Shown here: in pieces, positions 38,495 through 49,400 of the stretch
Layout: each line of letters starts with the position of its first letter
How positions within the stretch are numbered: position 1 is the stretch's first letter
Virus record (IMG/VR): IMGVR_UViG_3300025646_008465
Coordinates: 12,265-76,264 of that record
DNA: 64,000 nt
Source: a virus
Strand: one strand, 5' to 3'
Position numbers and translations under genes: made by a program
The notes under the pieces: generated by a model
Seen by the model: only the letters and a program-made list of their open reading frames with translations
Databases searched by the model: none
What the model was told of the DNA's origin: nothing

Positions 38495-41208
38495 TCTGCT
38501 GCGTAAATTTCAGGGCTATTTTCATCCATTCCTTTAAATTCTTGTTCAATAATACTAAATCCTGGGAGGTGTTTAGTATAAATTTTTTCGGCTGTGCCTA
38601 CTTTAAGTTGAGCAACATTACAAACCCACATATCAAAAGCATCCCAAGGAGTATTTTTAACCATATATTGAAGATAACTAATTTTATCTTTATTAATTAA
38701 ATATGATTGAGCTGGGATGAATGGTGTTACATTTGTATAAATGTCTTCAACTTTAGGTCCATTTAAGTTACGGTTGTTAGATGGATTTCCAAATCCAATA
38801 ATATCTTGGTCTTGTTCTCTTGCAATTCTAGAAAAACGAATTAATGAATTATATAATTCTTGATAATCTGAATCAATAATAACATCACCTTCAAAAATCA
38901 AAACATAATCATAATCTTTATTATCTTCAGCTAAAATAGCATTAGTATGAGCTAAATAACAACCATAATGACCCGGGGCTAATTTATAATAACCAGGAAC
39001 ATCTTGAACATCATCTGGGCGATTACAAGTATCTGTTGGTGGGATATCTTTATAAATTTCATTTATACGTTGTTCGTATTTAATACCGGTTTTCTCACAA
39101 AAGTCAAATACACTTTCTATTGAACGAATTTCTTTAGGATTAGAATTAGGTTCAGTAACTAGATGCATCAATTTAATTTTTGGTTTATTATTAAATTGAA
39201 GTTTATATTCAAATGTACCATTTTTTTCTAATTCATTATTATAGTAGTTATTATCTACAATAACTTCTTTAGATTCAATAAATTCCTTAGTATCTAAATC
39301 ATATAAATCCCACTTAACAATATAAGTACTTTCAAAATCAAATTGAACTAAATCATAGGTATAGAATTTACTTTTAACCTCAAATTTAGCTTCATTAATA
39401 ATAACACCATTTTTAATTAAAGTATAATTAATAAAACGACTATCATTATTGTTTGAAATTTGAACAAATGGGGCAAAATGTCCTGGGATATTAGAGATAG
39501 GTAATACTGTAAAATATTCTACTCGCGAATAGTCTTGGTGAAAGAAGGTTTTAGTACATTCTTCTTGAAATTTATCTCTATCTTCCCAATGAACATTTGT
39601 ACTATTTTTAAATCCATGATACATTAAGTTTTCTAAACCATTAGATTCAGAACCCCACTCATGCATTAAAGCATCATACTGTTCGGCAGTATCAATTTTA
39701 GGTTTTTGTAAGAAAAATTCAGGACGAATACCTAAAAACCAAGTTGTAATTTGATCTCCTTCTGATGCTTGATCTTTACCAAAAAAAGCATCTTTATAGT
39801 TTAATACAGAACTAATTTTGTTTACATAAGATACATCTTGTAAAATATAATCATAGTTAAGAAAATATACTTTTTTAATTCCTAACCCTTGTGCTAAAGC
39901 AGCACCATTATAATAATTTGTATAACAAGTAGGACCATGATAAACATCATTATCTTCACCTCTTAAATTGATATGAGCATTACAATCATGTTGATTAGTC
40001 CACGAATTAGTATAAAATGTATGCTTTGTTAAAATGTTATGATTATCATTAATTGAATAATCTACAATATCATCTAATTCTTTAGGAATAGGAATATGCG
40101 AGGTTAAAATAACTTTACGACCTGTTGCTTTAATAGCTTGAATACACTCTTTAGTAGTATTAATAACTGCTTGGGTAACAGGGTATGTAGAAATAATAAA
40201 TGCTTCTTCTTCAGGATTAACATCTAATGCTTTATAAACAATCTCATCATTTAAACCTAAAAGTGATTCAATAGTTTTAGCATTTTTTTCTTTATTGTTA
40301 AAATCAAGATAATTTACATTATCGAATTGATCCCAATAATTCATATACACTGGGAGGTTGTAAATAAGTAGTTCCATGTTCCATGAAATAGATTCACGGA
40401 TTACCAAAGGCATGGTTTCTTTATCTGTGTTTGTGCCTCGAGAGGTAAACAAAAATAAATCCATTGCCTTGTAAAAATTATCTACATCTTTACGTTCATT
40501 CCACCAAGTTACGTTTGGTGGAACATCTTTCATTAAAGGTTCCCAATACCATTTGAAGTTATCTGCCTGATTGCCTACACTATGAAATTGAATATCAGGG
40601 AGCATTCGAGCATATTCAAAAAATTCTGCTTGATTTTTACGAGGTGTAAATAAACCAACATGTAAAACATGTTTTTTATTTGGATCTAACCCTAAAGCAC
40701 GTAATGCTTCTTCACGATTAGGACGTTCTTTATACTCGATAGGATAATAAACTACTTTTTTAGGGACATCAATATCTTTATATTGTTGTACTTGCCATTC
40801 TGAGACAAATAAGAATTTATCAGGGAAGAATGATTTTTTAGTAGTATCATATGATGAATCGTGGGATGTTTCTACAAGAAAATAAGGTCGATCTTGCCTG
40901 TATAGTGTTGACGCAATTTCATGGTCCATAAAATATTCAGGAATTTCCTCTAAATGTATAATATCGGGTTTAATGCGATTAACAATGTTAAGAAATTCCG
41001 ATTTATTTTCACCTAATACAAAAAAACGTTCAGCAGGAATCATATTCTGTAAACGTTCTCTTTGAACAATTAAAACTCCCCCTGTTAAATTATCCCATTC
41101 AACAAGATAGATTTCAAAATCATCTTTAATTAATTCAATTTTTTTAGTAAGATATTGTGGAAGTCCGCCTGTCGACAAATGGGGTGCAACACACAGTAAT
41201 TTTTTCAT
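38491..41208 (-). CDS. multidomain glycosyltransferase (GT4-like N-domain, central domain, GT25-like C-domain)
   Basis: HLSTGG, RKNQ, DLFLFTS...ETMPLVIRE; central LNYD; C-terminal GHYGCYLAH and LIFEGD. Confidence 0.82.
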   Translation of the reverse strand: MKKLLCVAPHLSTGGLPQYLTKKIELIKDDFEIYLVEWDNLTGGVLIVQRERLQNMIPAERFFVLGENKSEFLNIVNRIKPDIIHLEEIPEYFMDHEIASTLYRQDRPYFLVETSHDSSYDTTKKSFFPDKFLFVSEWQVQQYKDIDVPKKVVYYPIEYKERPNREEALRALGLDPNKKHVLHVGLFTPRKNQAEFFEYARMLPDIQFHSVGNQADNFKWYWEPLMKDVPPNVTWWNERKDVDNFYKAMDLFLFTSRGTNTDKETMPLVIRESISWNMELLIYNLPVYMNYWDQFDNVNYLDFNNKEKNAKTIESLLGLNDEIVYKALDVNPEEEAFIISTYPVTQAVINTTKECIQAIKATGRKVILTSHIPIPKELDDIVDYSINDNHNILTKHTFYTNSWTNQHDCNAHINLRGEDNDVYHGPTCYTNYYNGAALAQGLGIKKVYFLNYDYILQDVSYVNKISSVLNYKDAFFGKDQASEGDQITTWFLGIRPEFFLQKPKIDTAEQYDALMHEWGSESNGLENLMYHGFKNSTNVHWEDRDKFQEECTKTFFHQDYSRVEYFTVLPISNIPGHFAPFVQISNNNDSRFINYTLIKNGVIINEAKFEVKSKFYTYDLVQFDFESTYIVKWDLYDLDTKEFIESKEVIVDNNYYNNELEKNGTFEYKLQFNNKPKIKLMHLVTEPNSNPKEIRSIESVFDFCEKTGIKYEQRINEIYKDIPPTDTCNRPDDVQDVPGYYKLAPGHYGCYLAHTNAILAEDNKDYDYVLIFEGDVIIDSDYQELYNSLIRFSRIAREQDQDIIGFGNPSNNRNLNGPKVEDIYTNVTPFIPAQSYLINKDKISYLQYMVKNTPWDAFDMWVCNVAQLKVGTAEKIYTKHLPGFSIIEQEFKGMDENSPEIYAAE

Positions 41209-41231
41209 AGACTATTTTTAAAATATAACAA

Positions 41232-41263
41232 TAATATAATAACTTATTTATAAATATCCAAGC
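41232..41263 (-). promoter_or_regulatory. overlapping host-type and late promoters of the glycosylation cassette
   Basis: CTTG-N20-TATATTAT with TATTTATA (41249-41256) inside the spacer. Confidence 0.45.
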
Positions 41264-41267
41264 TTTA

Positions 41268-44200
41268 TTATAAGTTCCAAGCAGGAACCCAATAATCAGT
41301 ACCTCCGATATTAAACACTAACCAACCATATGCTGTTAAACCTGTATTATCAGGAACTTGTGCATCTCTAAACCCGTTAATTGAAGGGATATTTGAGGCT
41401 GGAGTTGGGGTTGCAGAAGCTCCACCACCACCACTAGTACCAGATGTACCAGCTTTACCTGAAGTACCTGCAGTACCTGTTTTACCTGAAGTTCCACTTG
41501 TGCCTGAAGAACCTATAAATGAAGTACCATTTGTTCCTGATGCTCCTGAAGTACCTGCTGTACCATTTGAACCAGATGTACTTGAACCACCTGAATTACC
41601 ACCATTACCATTTGTACCGGAAGATCCAGCAGTTCCTGAAGTTGCACTTAATCCTGAGATACCGCTAGCTCCTGCGGCTCCAGTTGAGCCTGAAGTACCA
41701 CTTGTACCTGCTGTACCACTTCCTCCTCCTTTACCTGAAGTTCCGGTTGAACCACTTGTACCTGAAAGACCTGAAGTGCCGTTTGTTCCTCCTTTACCAC
41801 TTGTTCCTGAAGAACCTGAAGTAGCAGATTGACCTGAAAGACCATTAATACCTGAAGTACCTGTTGAGCCCGAAGTACCTGAAGTACCACTAGTTCCTGA
41901 GTTTCCTGAAGAACCTGATGTTCCGGATTTTCCTGAGGTGCCGTTTGCTCCATCTTTACCTGAAGTGCCACTTGAACCTGAAGTACCGCTTAGGCCTGAG
42001 GTGCCATTTGCTCCGTCTTTACCTGCAGTACCACTTGAACCTGAAGTACCGCTTAGGCCTGAGGTGCCGTTTGCTCCGTTTTTACCTGCGGTTCCACTTG
42101 AACCTGAAGTACCGCTTAGACCTGAAGTACCATCAGCTCCTACTTTACCGGAGGTTCCTGATGAACCAGAAGTTGCACTTAAAGCTGCTAAACCAGCAAT
42201 ACCACTTGTACCTGTAGAACCTGAAGTACCTGAGGTGCCTGAAGTGCCACTGCCTCCTCCTTTACCAGCAGTTCCAGTTGAACCGCTTGTACCTGAAAGA
42301 CCTGAAGTGCCACTTGCTCCATCTTTACCGCTGGTACCTGATGAACCACTAGTTCCTGAAGTGCCTGAAGTACCACTTCCTCCTCCTTTACCTGCGGTTC
42401 CACTTGAACCTGAGGTACCTGATAAACCTGAAGTACCGTTTGCTCCATCTTTACCCGAAGTACCGCTAGAACCTGAGGTACCTGAAAGACCTGAAGTGCC
42501 GTTTGTGCCGGATGTACCTGCAGTTCCTGAAGTTGCACTTAATCCTGAGATACCGCTAGCTCCTGCAGCTCCAGTTGAACCTGAAGTACCTGCAGTACCT
42601 GAAGTACCTGTTTTACCTGCGGTTCCTGTTGAACCACTAGTTCCAGATAAACCTGAAGTACCATTTGTTCCTCCTTTACCTGAGGTGCCTGAAGAACCAG
42701 AAGTTGCACTTTGGCCTGATAATCCAGCTATGCCACTAGTTCCAGTAGAACCTGCGGTACCTGAGGTTCCACTTGTTCCACTATTTCCTGAAGAACCTGA
42801 TGTTCCTGATTTTCCTGAGGTACCATTTGTCCCATCTTTACCTGAAGTACCGCTAGAACCCGAGGTACCTGAAAGACCTGAAGTACCACTAGTTCCGTCT
42901 TTACCTGAGGTTCCAGTTGAACCGCTTGTACCTGATAAACCTGAAGTACCATTTGTTCCTCCTTTACCTGCAGTTCCTGTTGAACCACTAGTTCCAGATA
43001 AACCTGAAGTACCATTAGCTCCATTTGAACCTGAAGAACCTGTAGTTCCTGATGTAGATGATTGACCTGATAAACCAGCAATACCTGAAGTACCTGTAGA
43101 TCCAGCTGTGCCCGAAGTACCGCTTGTTCCACTATTTCCTGATGAACCTGATGTTCCTGATTTTCCTGAGGTACCGCTAGTTCCGTCTTTACCTGAGGTT
43201 CCGGCTGAACCTGAAGTGCCTGATAAACCTGAAGTACCACTAGTTCCATCTTTACCGCTAGTACCAGTTGAACCACTTGTTCCTGAAAGACCTGAGGTGC
43301 CACTAGTTCCAGAATTTCCTGAAGAACCACTTGTACCTGAAAGGCCTGAAGTACCGTTTGTTCCTCCTTTACCACTTGTTCCTGAAGAACCTGAAGTAGC
43401 TGATTGGCCTGATAGTCCTGCTATACCACTGGTTCCAGTAGAACCTGCGGTACCTGAAGTTCCTGAAGTACCGGATTGTCCTGTAGAACCTGAAGAGCCT
43501 GTAGTTCCTGAAGTGCCTGATTTGCCACTAGTTCCTCCAGCTCCATTTGAACCTGATGAACCTGTAGTTCCTGATGTAGAAGATTGACCTCCTAAACCTG
43601 CAATACCACTTGTACCTGTAGATCCAGCTGTGCCACTAGTACCACTAGTTCCAGATTGTCCTGAAGAACCTGATGTACCTGCTTTACCACTAGTTCCATT
43701 AGCTCCGTTTGAACCTGAGGAACCAGTACTACCTGAAGTGCCACTTGTAGCACTTTGACCTGATAGTCCTGCTATACCACTAGTTCCAGTTGAACCTGCA
43801 GTGCCTGAAGTACCCGAAGTATTTCCTTGTCCTGAAGAGCCTACAGAACCTGAAGTACCTGATGTACCTGCTTTACCACTAGTTCCATTAGCTCCATTTG
43901 AACCTGAAGAACCTGTAGTTCCTGATGTAGATGATTGGCCTGATAATCCTGCAATACCACTTGTGCCTGTAGATCCAGCTGTACCTGAAGTACCTGAAGT
44001 ACCAGATTGTCCTGAAGAACCTGATGTACCTGCTTTACCACTAGTTCCATTAGCTCCATTTGAACCTGAGGATCCAGTAGAACCACTAGTTCCTGAAGTT
44101 CGTGATTGGCCTGAAAGACCATCGATACCTGAAGTACCTGTTGAACCTGCTGTGCCTGAAGTGCCACTTGTTCCACTATTTCCTGAAGAACCTGAAGTAC

Positions 44201-45671
44201 CTGATTTACCGCTTGTACCATTAGCCCCATTTGAACCTGAAGAACCTGTAGTACCTGAAGTACCACTTGTAGCACTTTGACCTGATAGTCCTGCTATACC
44301 ACTAGTTCCAGTTGAACCCGCAGTACCTGAAGTGCCTGAAGTGCCTGATTGACCTGAAGAACCTGATGTTCCGGATTTTCCTGAAGTTCCATTGGCTCCG
44401 TTTGAACCAGAAGAACCAGTACTACCGGAAGTACCTGAAGTTCTAGATTGACCTGATAAACCATCTATGCCACTTGTTCCTGTAGAACCACTTGTTCCAC
44501 TAGTACCACTTGTTCCGCTATTTCCTGAAGAACCTGAAGTGCCGGCTTTACCACTAGTTCCATTAGCTCCATTTGAACCTGATGAACCTGTAGAACCACT
44601 AGTACCTGAAGTTTTTGAAGCTCCACTTAAACCATCAATACCAGAGGTACCTGTTGAACCCGCAGTACCTGAAGTGCCCGAAGTATTAGAACTTCCGGAT
44701 GAACCTGAAGTACCTGATTTTCCTGAAGTACCATCAGCTCCATTTGTACCTGAAGAGCCAGTTGAACCACTAGTACCTGAAGTTCTAGATTGACCTGAAA
44801 GACCATCAATACCGCTAGTACCTGTAGATCCGGAAGTACCTGAAGTACCTGAGGTATGAGATGAACCTGAAGAACCAGATGAGCCAGATTTTCCTGAAGT
44901 ACCAGTTGAACCTGAAGAACCTGAAGAACCTGAAGTTTTTGAAGCTCCACTTAAACCATCTATACCTGAGGTACCTGTAGATCCAGCTGTGCCTGAAGTA
45001 CCTGAAGTGTTTGATGAACCCGAAGAACCGGCAGTACCTGATTTACCACTTGTTCCATTAGCTCCATTTGAACCTGAAGAACCTGTAGAACCACTAGTTC
45101 CTGAAGTAGCACTTTGACCTGATAAACCTGCTATACCTCCAGTACCTGTAGAACCTGATGTACCACTTGTACCTGAAGTACCATGTGAACCTCCAGATGT
45201 ACCTGAAGTGCCTGATTTGCCTGAGGTACCACTAGCTCCCACAGTTCCTGAAGTACCTGTAGAACCTGATGTTCCTGCAGTACCTGAAGTACCTGTTGTA
45301 CCACTAGTACCTGAAGTGTTAGATTGACCACCAGCTCCTGTAGAACCTGATGAACCTGATGTAGTTGAAGCACCTTGTGAACCTGAAGTACCTGATTTTC
45401 CTCCTGTACCTGAGGTACCTGATTTTCCATTTGTACCTGAAGTGCCTGATGTTCCTGAGGTTACAGCACCTCCTGAAGAACCTGAAGTACCGTTAGAACC
45501 AGCTCCACCACCACCTGAATAGATAACAGATATTACACGTCCGTCATCATCTACAGCTAAAACTCTGTCAGCAGTAGACCCTGAGGGTACGCTCAATAAA
45601 AACAGGTCTTGTTTGAAAACCGATTGACCTGGGCTATCTCGTCTACTGGAGAATTTTCTGTTTTCAGCCAT
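41268..45671 (-). CDS. Gly/Ser/Thr tripeptide-repeat virion fibre protein (1467 aa)
   Basis: About 1360 aa of G-X-S triplets between short unique ends; C-terminus YGWLVFNIGGTDYWVPAW; late-like motif at 45697-45704. Confidence 0.85.
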   Translation of the reverse strand: MAENRKFSSRRDSPGQSVFKQDLFLLSVPSGSTADRVLAVDDDGRVISVIYSGGGGAGSNGTSGSSGGAVTSGTSGTSGTNGKSGTSGTGGKSGTSGSQGASTTSGSSGSTGAGGQSNTSGTSGTTGTSGTAGTSGSTGTSGTVGASGTSGKSGTSGTSGGSHGTSGTSGTSGSTGTGGIAGLSGQSATSGTSGSTGSSGSNGANGTSGKSGTAGSSGSSNTSGTSGTAGSTGTSGIDGLSGASKTSGSSGSSGSTGTSGKSGSSGSSGSSHTSGTSGTSGSTGTSGIDGLSGQSRTSGTSGSTGSSGTNGADGTSGKSGTSGSSGSSNTSGTSGTAGSTGTSGIDGLSGASKTSGTSGSTGSSGSNGANGTSGKAGTSGSSGNSGTSGTSGTSGSTGTSGIDGLSGQSRTSGTSGSTGSSGSNGANGTSGKSGTSGSSGQSGTSGTSGTAGSTGTSGIAGLSGQSATSGTSGTTGSSGSNGANGTSGKSGTSGSSGNSGTSGTSGTAGSTGTSGIDGLSGQSRTSGTSGSTGSSGSNGANGTSGKAGTSGSSGQSGTSGTSGTAGSTGTSGIAGLSGQSSTSGTTGSSGSNGANGTSGKAGTSGTSGSVGSSGQGNTSGTSGTAGSTGTSGIAGLSGQSATSGTSGSTGSSGSNGANGTSGKAGTSGSSGQSGTSGTSGTAGSTGTSGIAGLGGQSSTSGTTGSSGSNGAGGTSGKSGTSGTTGSSGSTGQSGTSGTSGTAGSTGTSGIAGLSGQSATSGSSGTSGKGGTNGTSGLSGTSGSSGNSGTSGTSGLSGTSGSTGTSGKDGTSGTSGLSGTSGSAGTSGKDGTSGTSGKSGTSGSSGNSGTSGTSGTAGSTGTSGIAGLSGQSSTSGTTGSSGSNGANGTSGLSGTSGSTGTAGKGGTNGTSGLSGTSGSTGTSGKDGTSGTSGLSGTSGSSGTSGKDGTNGTSGKSGTSGSSGNSGTSGTSGTAGSTGTSGIAGLSGQSATSGSSGTSGKGGTNGTSGLSGTSGSTGTAGKTGTSGTAGTSGSTGAAGASGISGLSATSGTAGTSGTNGTSGLSGTSGSSGTSGKDGANGTSGLSGTSGSSGTAGKGGGSGTSGTSGTSGSSGTSGKDGASGTSGLSGTSGSTGTAGKGGGSGTSGTSGTSGSTGTSGIAGLAALSATSGSSGTSGKVGADGTSGLSGTSGSSGTAGKNGANGTSGLSGTSGSSGTAGKDGANGTSGLSGTSGSSGTSGKDGANGTSGKSGTSGSSGNSGTSGTSGTSGSTGTSGINGLSGQSATSGSSGTSGKGGTNGTSGLSGTSGSTGTSGKGGGSGTAGTSGTSGSTGAAGASGISGLSATSGTAGSSGTNGNGGNSGGSSTSGSNGTAGTSGASGTNGTSFIGSSGTSGTSGKTGTAGTSGKAGTSGTSGGGGASATPTPASNIPSINGFRDAQVPDNTGLTAYGWLVFNIGGTDYWVPAWNL
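41420..45515 (-). repeat. coding 9-bp-period repeat (GGT ACT TCA)n
   Basis: Degenerate tandem CCTGAAGTA units on the + strand. Confidence 0.95.
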
Positions 45672-45731
45672 TTAGATGGTTAAGTTTGTTATCTATGATA
45701 AATATTAAAAAAATATTAGATTATTGGAATT

Positions 45732-45754
45732 AAAGAAGGGGTTTTAGCCCCTCC
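45732..45754 (-). terminator. possible weak terminator
   Basis: AGGGG/CCCCT stem followed by UCUUU. Confidence 0.45.
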
Positions 45755-45773
45755 AAATTTAAATATAAAAATA

Positions 45774-46133
45774 CTAACCTGGGGGAGGGTCTCCACATAC
45801 ATAAGGACCTGAAAGTTCAGTCCCATCCCAAAAGTAATAAATTCCCTCGGGGTGGGCATAAAATCCAGGATCAGCTACCTCTGCACCACAACCCCCAGGT
45901 CTATATAAAATACCTAAATCATTACTAAAATCCCAAGGTTGGATATCTAATAACTCACATGCTATACCTGGGTCTCCAGGATCATATGAAAGAGTAAGTG
46001 GCTTACAACTTACAGAACTAGGCCATCCAGGTATGTTTGAGGTTGAAAATCCTGAAACTTTACTTAAAGAAGTAATTTCTTTTCCACCTACAAATTGTAT
46101 ACTATTTACATCAATATTAGATATTTTAGCCAT
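45774..46133 (-). CDS. hypothetical fibre-associated protein
   Basis: 119 aa, four Cys, between the two fibre genes. Confidence 0.65.
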   Translation of the reverse strand: MAKISNIDVNSIQFVGGKEITSLSKVSGFSTSNIPGWPSSVSCKPLTLSYDPGDPGIACELLDIQPWDFSNDLGILYRPGGCGAEVADPGFYAHPEGIYYFWDGTELSGPYVCGDPPPG

Positions 46134-46138
46134 AGTTT

Positions 46139-46474
46139 TTAACTAAAAAATGGTGGATTTAAAATCACAGTAGTTGGATTAGCTTTAGAAGTATTTTCAG
46201 CTGATAATTCTGATGTTAGGTATGATAAACCTGTTTCTCCTAAACTAGCAGTAATCCATCCTACAACTTGTTCTTTAGTTAAATCTTCAAATTCTGTAAA
46301 ATTTGTAGGGTCTGGAGATGAAACTTGAACAAATAATCTTTTACCTGAAGAATAAGGTTTTTCATTAATTATATCTGTTACTCTAAGTACATATTGGATT
46401 TTAAAAACTACATTGTTTAATCCATTTTCAGATATTTTACATTCTAAATTTTCTATATTCCAGTTTATTGTCAT
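46139..46474 (-). CDS. small fibre-associated protein
   Basis: WNIENLE...FTEFEDLTKEQVVGW...PPF pattern typical of small proteins next to phage fibre genes. Confidence 0.65.
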   Translation of the reverse strand: MTINWNIENLECKISENGLNNVVFKIQYVLRVTDIINEKPYSSGKRLFVQVSSPDPTNFTEFEDLTKEQVVGWITASLGETGLSYLTSELSAENTSKANPTTVILNPPFFS

Positions 46475-46484
46475 AATCTATTTA

Positions 46485-49400
46485 TTATAAGGTTATCCAA
46501 GTTACATCTGGTTGGAACCATATACATTTTACTGCTGATGTATTATCAACTACCCATCCTACACCTCTAACTCTATCTCCTGTAGTAAATCCACTAGTAT
46601 CGTCTGTTACTTGTCCATCAATATCACTTACCCATAAAGAATCACCTATATTAGTAGCACTAGTTACTTCCTCTGTAGTTATCATACCTTGAATAAATAC
46701 ATCAACTTCTTCATCAGCTCCACCTGTACCATTTAATACAATTCCTAGTAACTTTTCAGCACTTACACCACCAGCATTTGCGGGTCTCCATCTACCTGTA
46801 GAGAAATTATACCACACTAATTGTCCTTTAGAAAGAGAGGTATCACTAACCGCTCCTGTTAATACATGACCTTGATAAAGGAAATCACCTATACCTTGTA
46901 TATTACCCCATTGTTGATAAGTTGTATGTCCAGGGAATGGAGCAGTATATGAAGAAACAATACTATTAATATCAGTATCACCTACTAAAAGGAAACCTTT
47001 GCTTTGGTCAAAATTAAAGTTAGGACTGCTAGTACTTCCTAAACCAGAACCTCTAATATCTCCTTCAACATAAAGTATTCTATTAGGTTTATCTATACTT
47101 AAGAATTCTGCACTTTGAGCTAAAGTACTAGAAGAACCTGTAGAATATAATAGATGGTCTGGTGAATATGACCAAGTACCTCCACTAATACCACTAGTAC
47201 CATTAAATGATACTCCTGAAGTTGCTGCGGTACCATTTGTACCTGAAGTACCATTTTTACCTGAAGTACCACTTGTCCGTGTTAAACCGCTTGTACCGGC
47301 AGTACCACTTGTTCCTGAAGTGAATGAAGATGATCCACTAGTACCGTTTGTACCATTTTTACCTGAAGTACCACTGGTTCCATTAGTTGCACTTTGTCCT
47401 GAGGTACCAGCTGTGCCGCTTGTTCCCGAAGTGAATGAAGATGATCCACTAGTACCATTAGTACCATTCCGTCCTGAAGTACCTGAAGTGCCTGAAGTAC
47501 CTGATTTGCCACTTGTTCCACTAGTACCTGAAGTACCTGAGGTAAATGAAGATGATCCACTAGTACCGTTAGTACCATTCCGTCCTGAAGTACCTGCTGT
47601 ACCACTTGTACCTGAAGTACCGGCTTTACCACTTGTTCCACTTGTACCTGAAGTACCTGAGGTAAATGAAGATAAACCGCTTGTACCATTAGTACCATTC
47701 CGTCCTGAAGTACCACTTGTACCGCTAGTTCCACTTAATCCTGAAGTACCTGAAGTGCCTGAAGTGCCTGAAGTAAATGAAGATAAACCACTTGTAGCGC
47801 TTGTACCATTTTTACCTGAAGTACCACTTGTACCGCTAGTTCCACTTAATCCTGAAGTACCTGAAGTACCGTTTGTTCCTGAAGTAAATGAAGATAAACC
47901 GCTTGTACCGTTTGTACCGTTCCGTCCTGAAGTGCCTGAAGTGCCTGAAGTGCCTGAAGTGCCTGAAACACCACTTGTACCTGAAGTACCAGTTGTACCT
48001 GAAGTAGTACTTAAACCTGATAAACCAGCAGCTCCATCTAAACCTGCTGTACCTGAAGTACCTGATGATCCGGCTGTTCCTGAAGTCCGGCTTAACCCGC
48101 TTTGTCCGTGGGTTCCTGAAGCACCTGTAGTACCTGAAGTACCATTTGTACCTGAAGTCCGGCTAGCACCACTTTGTCCGTTAGTTCCTGAAGCACCTGT
48201 AGTACCACTTGTTCCTGTAGTACCACTTGTTCCTGAAGCTCCTGAAGTACGTGAAGCTCCATTTGCTCCGTTTGTACCTGAAGTACCTGTTGAACCGCTA
48301 GTGCTTGAAACTCCTGAAGTCCGTGAAGCACCGTTTGCTCCGTTTGTACCTGAAGTACCACTTGATCCTGAAGTTCCAGATACATTTGAAGCGCCACTAT
48401 TTCCTGCAGTACCTGAAGCACCTGTAGTACCTGATGTGCCTGTTGTTCCTGAAGTCCGGCTTAAACCTGATCCTCCGGCATTACCATTAGCACCTGAAGT
48501 ACCATTTGTACCTGAAGTACCTGAAGTACCTGAAGTCCGGCTTAAACCTGATCCCCCAGCATTACCACTAGTACCTGTATTTCCTGAAGTACCTGAGGTA
48601 CCTGTTGTACCTGATGTACCTGATGTTCTACTTAATCCTGAAGCTCCAGCATTACCACTAGTACCAGTAGCACCTGTAGTACCTGAAGTACCTGCTGTTC
48701 CTGAAGTCCGGCTTAAACCTGATTGACCTGCAACACCTGCAGCTCCTGTTGTACCATTTGAACCATTAGTACCTGAAGTCTGGCTAATACCTGATTGACC
48801 CGCAACTCCTGCGGCTCCAGTAGTACCTGAAGAACCTTGAGTTCCTGAGGTTTGGCTTAAACCACTTTGTCCATTAGTTCCTGAAGCACCTGTAGTACCT
48901 GAAGTACCTGTTGTACCTGAAGTGCCACTAGCTCCTGAGGTTCTTGAAGCACCATTAGCTCCATTTGTACCTGATGTACCTGAGCTACCACTTGTACCTG
49001 AGGTCCGGCTTAAAGCTGAAGCTCCTGTAGTACCATTTGCTCCTGAAGTACCTGAAGTACCTGAACTACCTGAAGTAGCACTTAATGCTGAAGCACCTAC
49101 AGTTCCGGCATTACCACTTGTACCTGAGGTACCAGTTGTACCTGAGGTCCGGCTTAAACCACTTTGACCTGCAACTCCTGAAGCACCTGTAGTACCATTT
49201 GAACCATTAGTACCTGAAGTCTGGCTTAGACCTGATTGACCTGCTGTTCCGTTTGCACCTGTAGTACCATTAGATCCTGTAGTTCCTGAAGTTCCACTAA
49301 CACCACTTGTACGTGAAGCACCGTTTGCTCCGTTTGTACCTGAAGTACCTGAGCTACCGCTTGTACCTGAAGTTTGGCTGAGAGCAGAAGCACCTACAGT

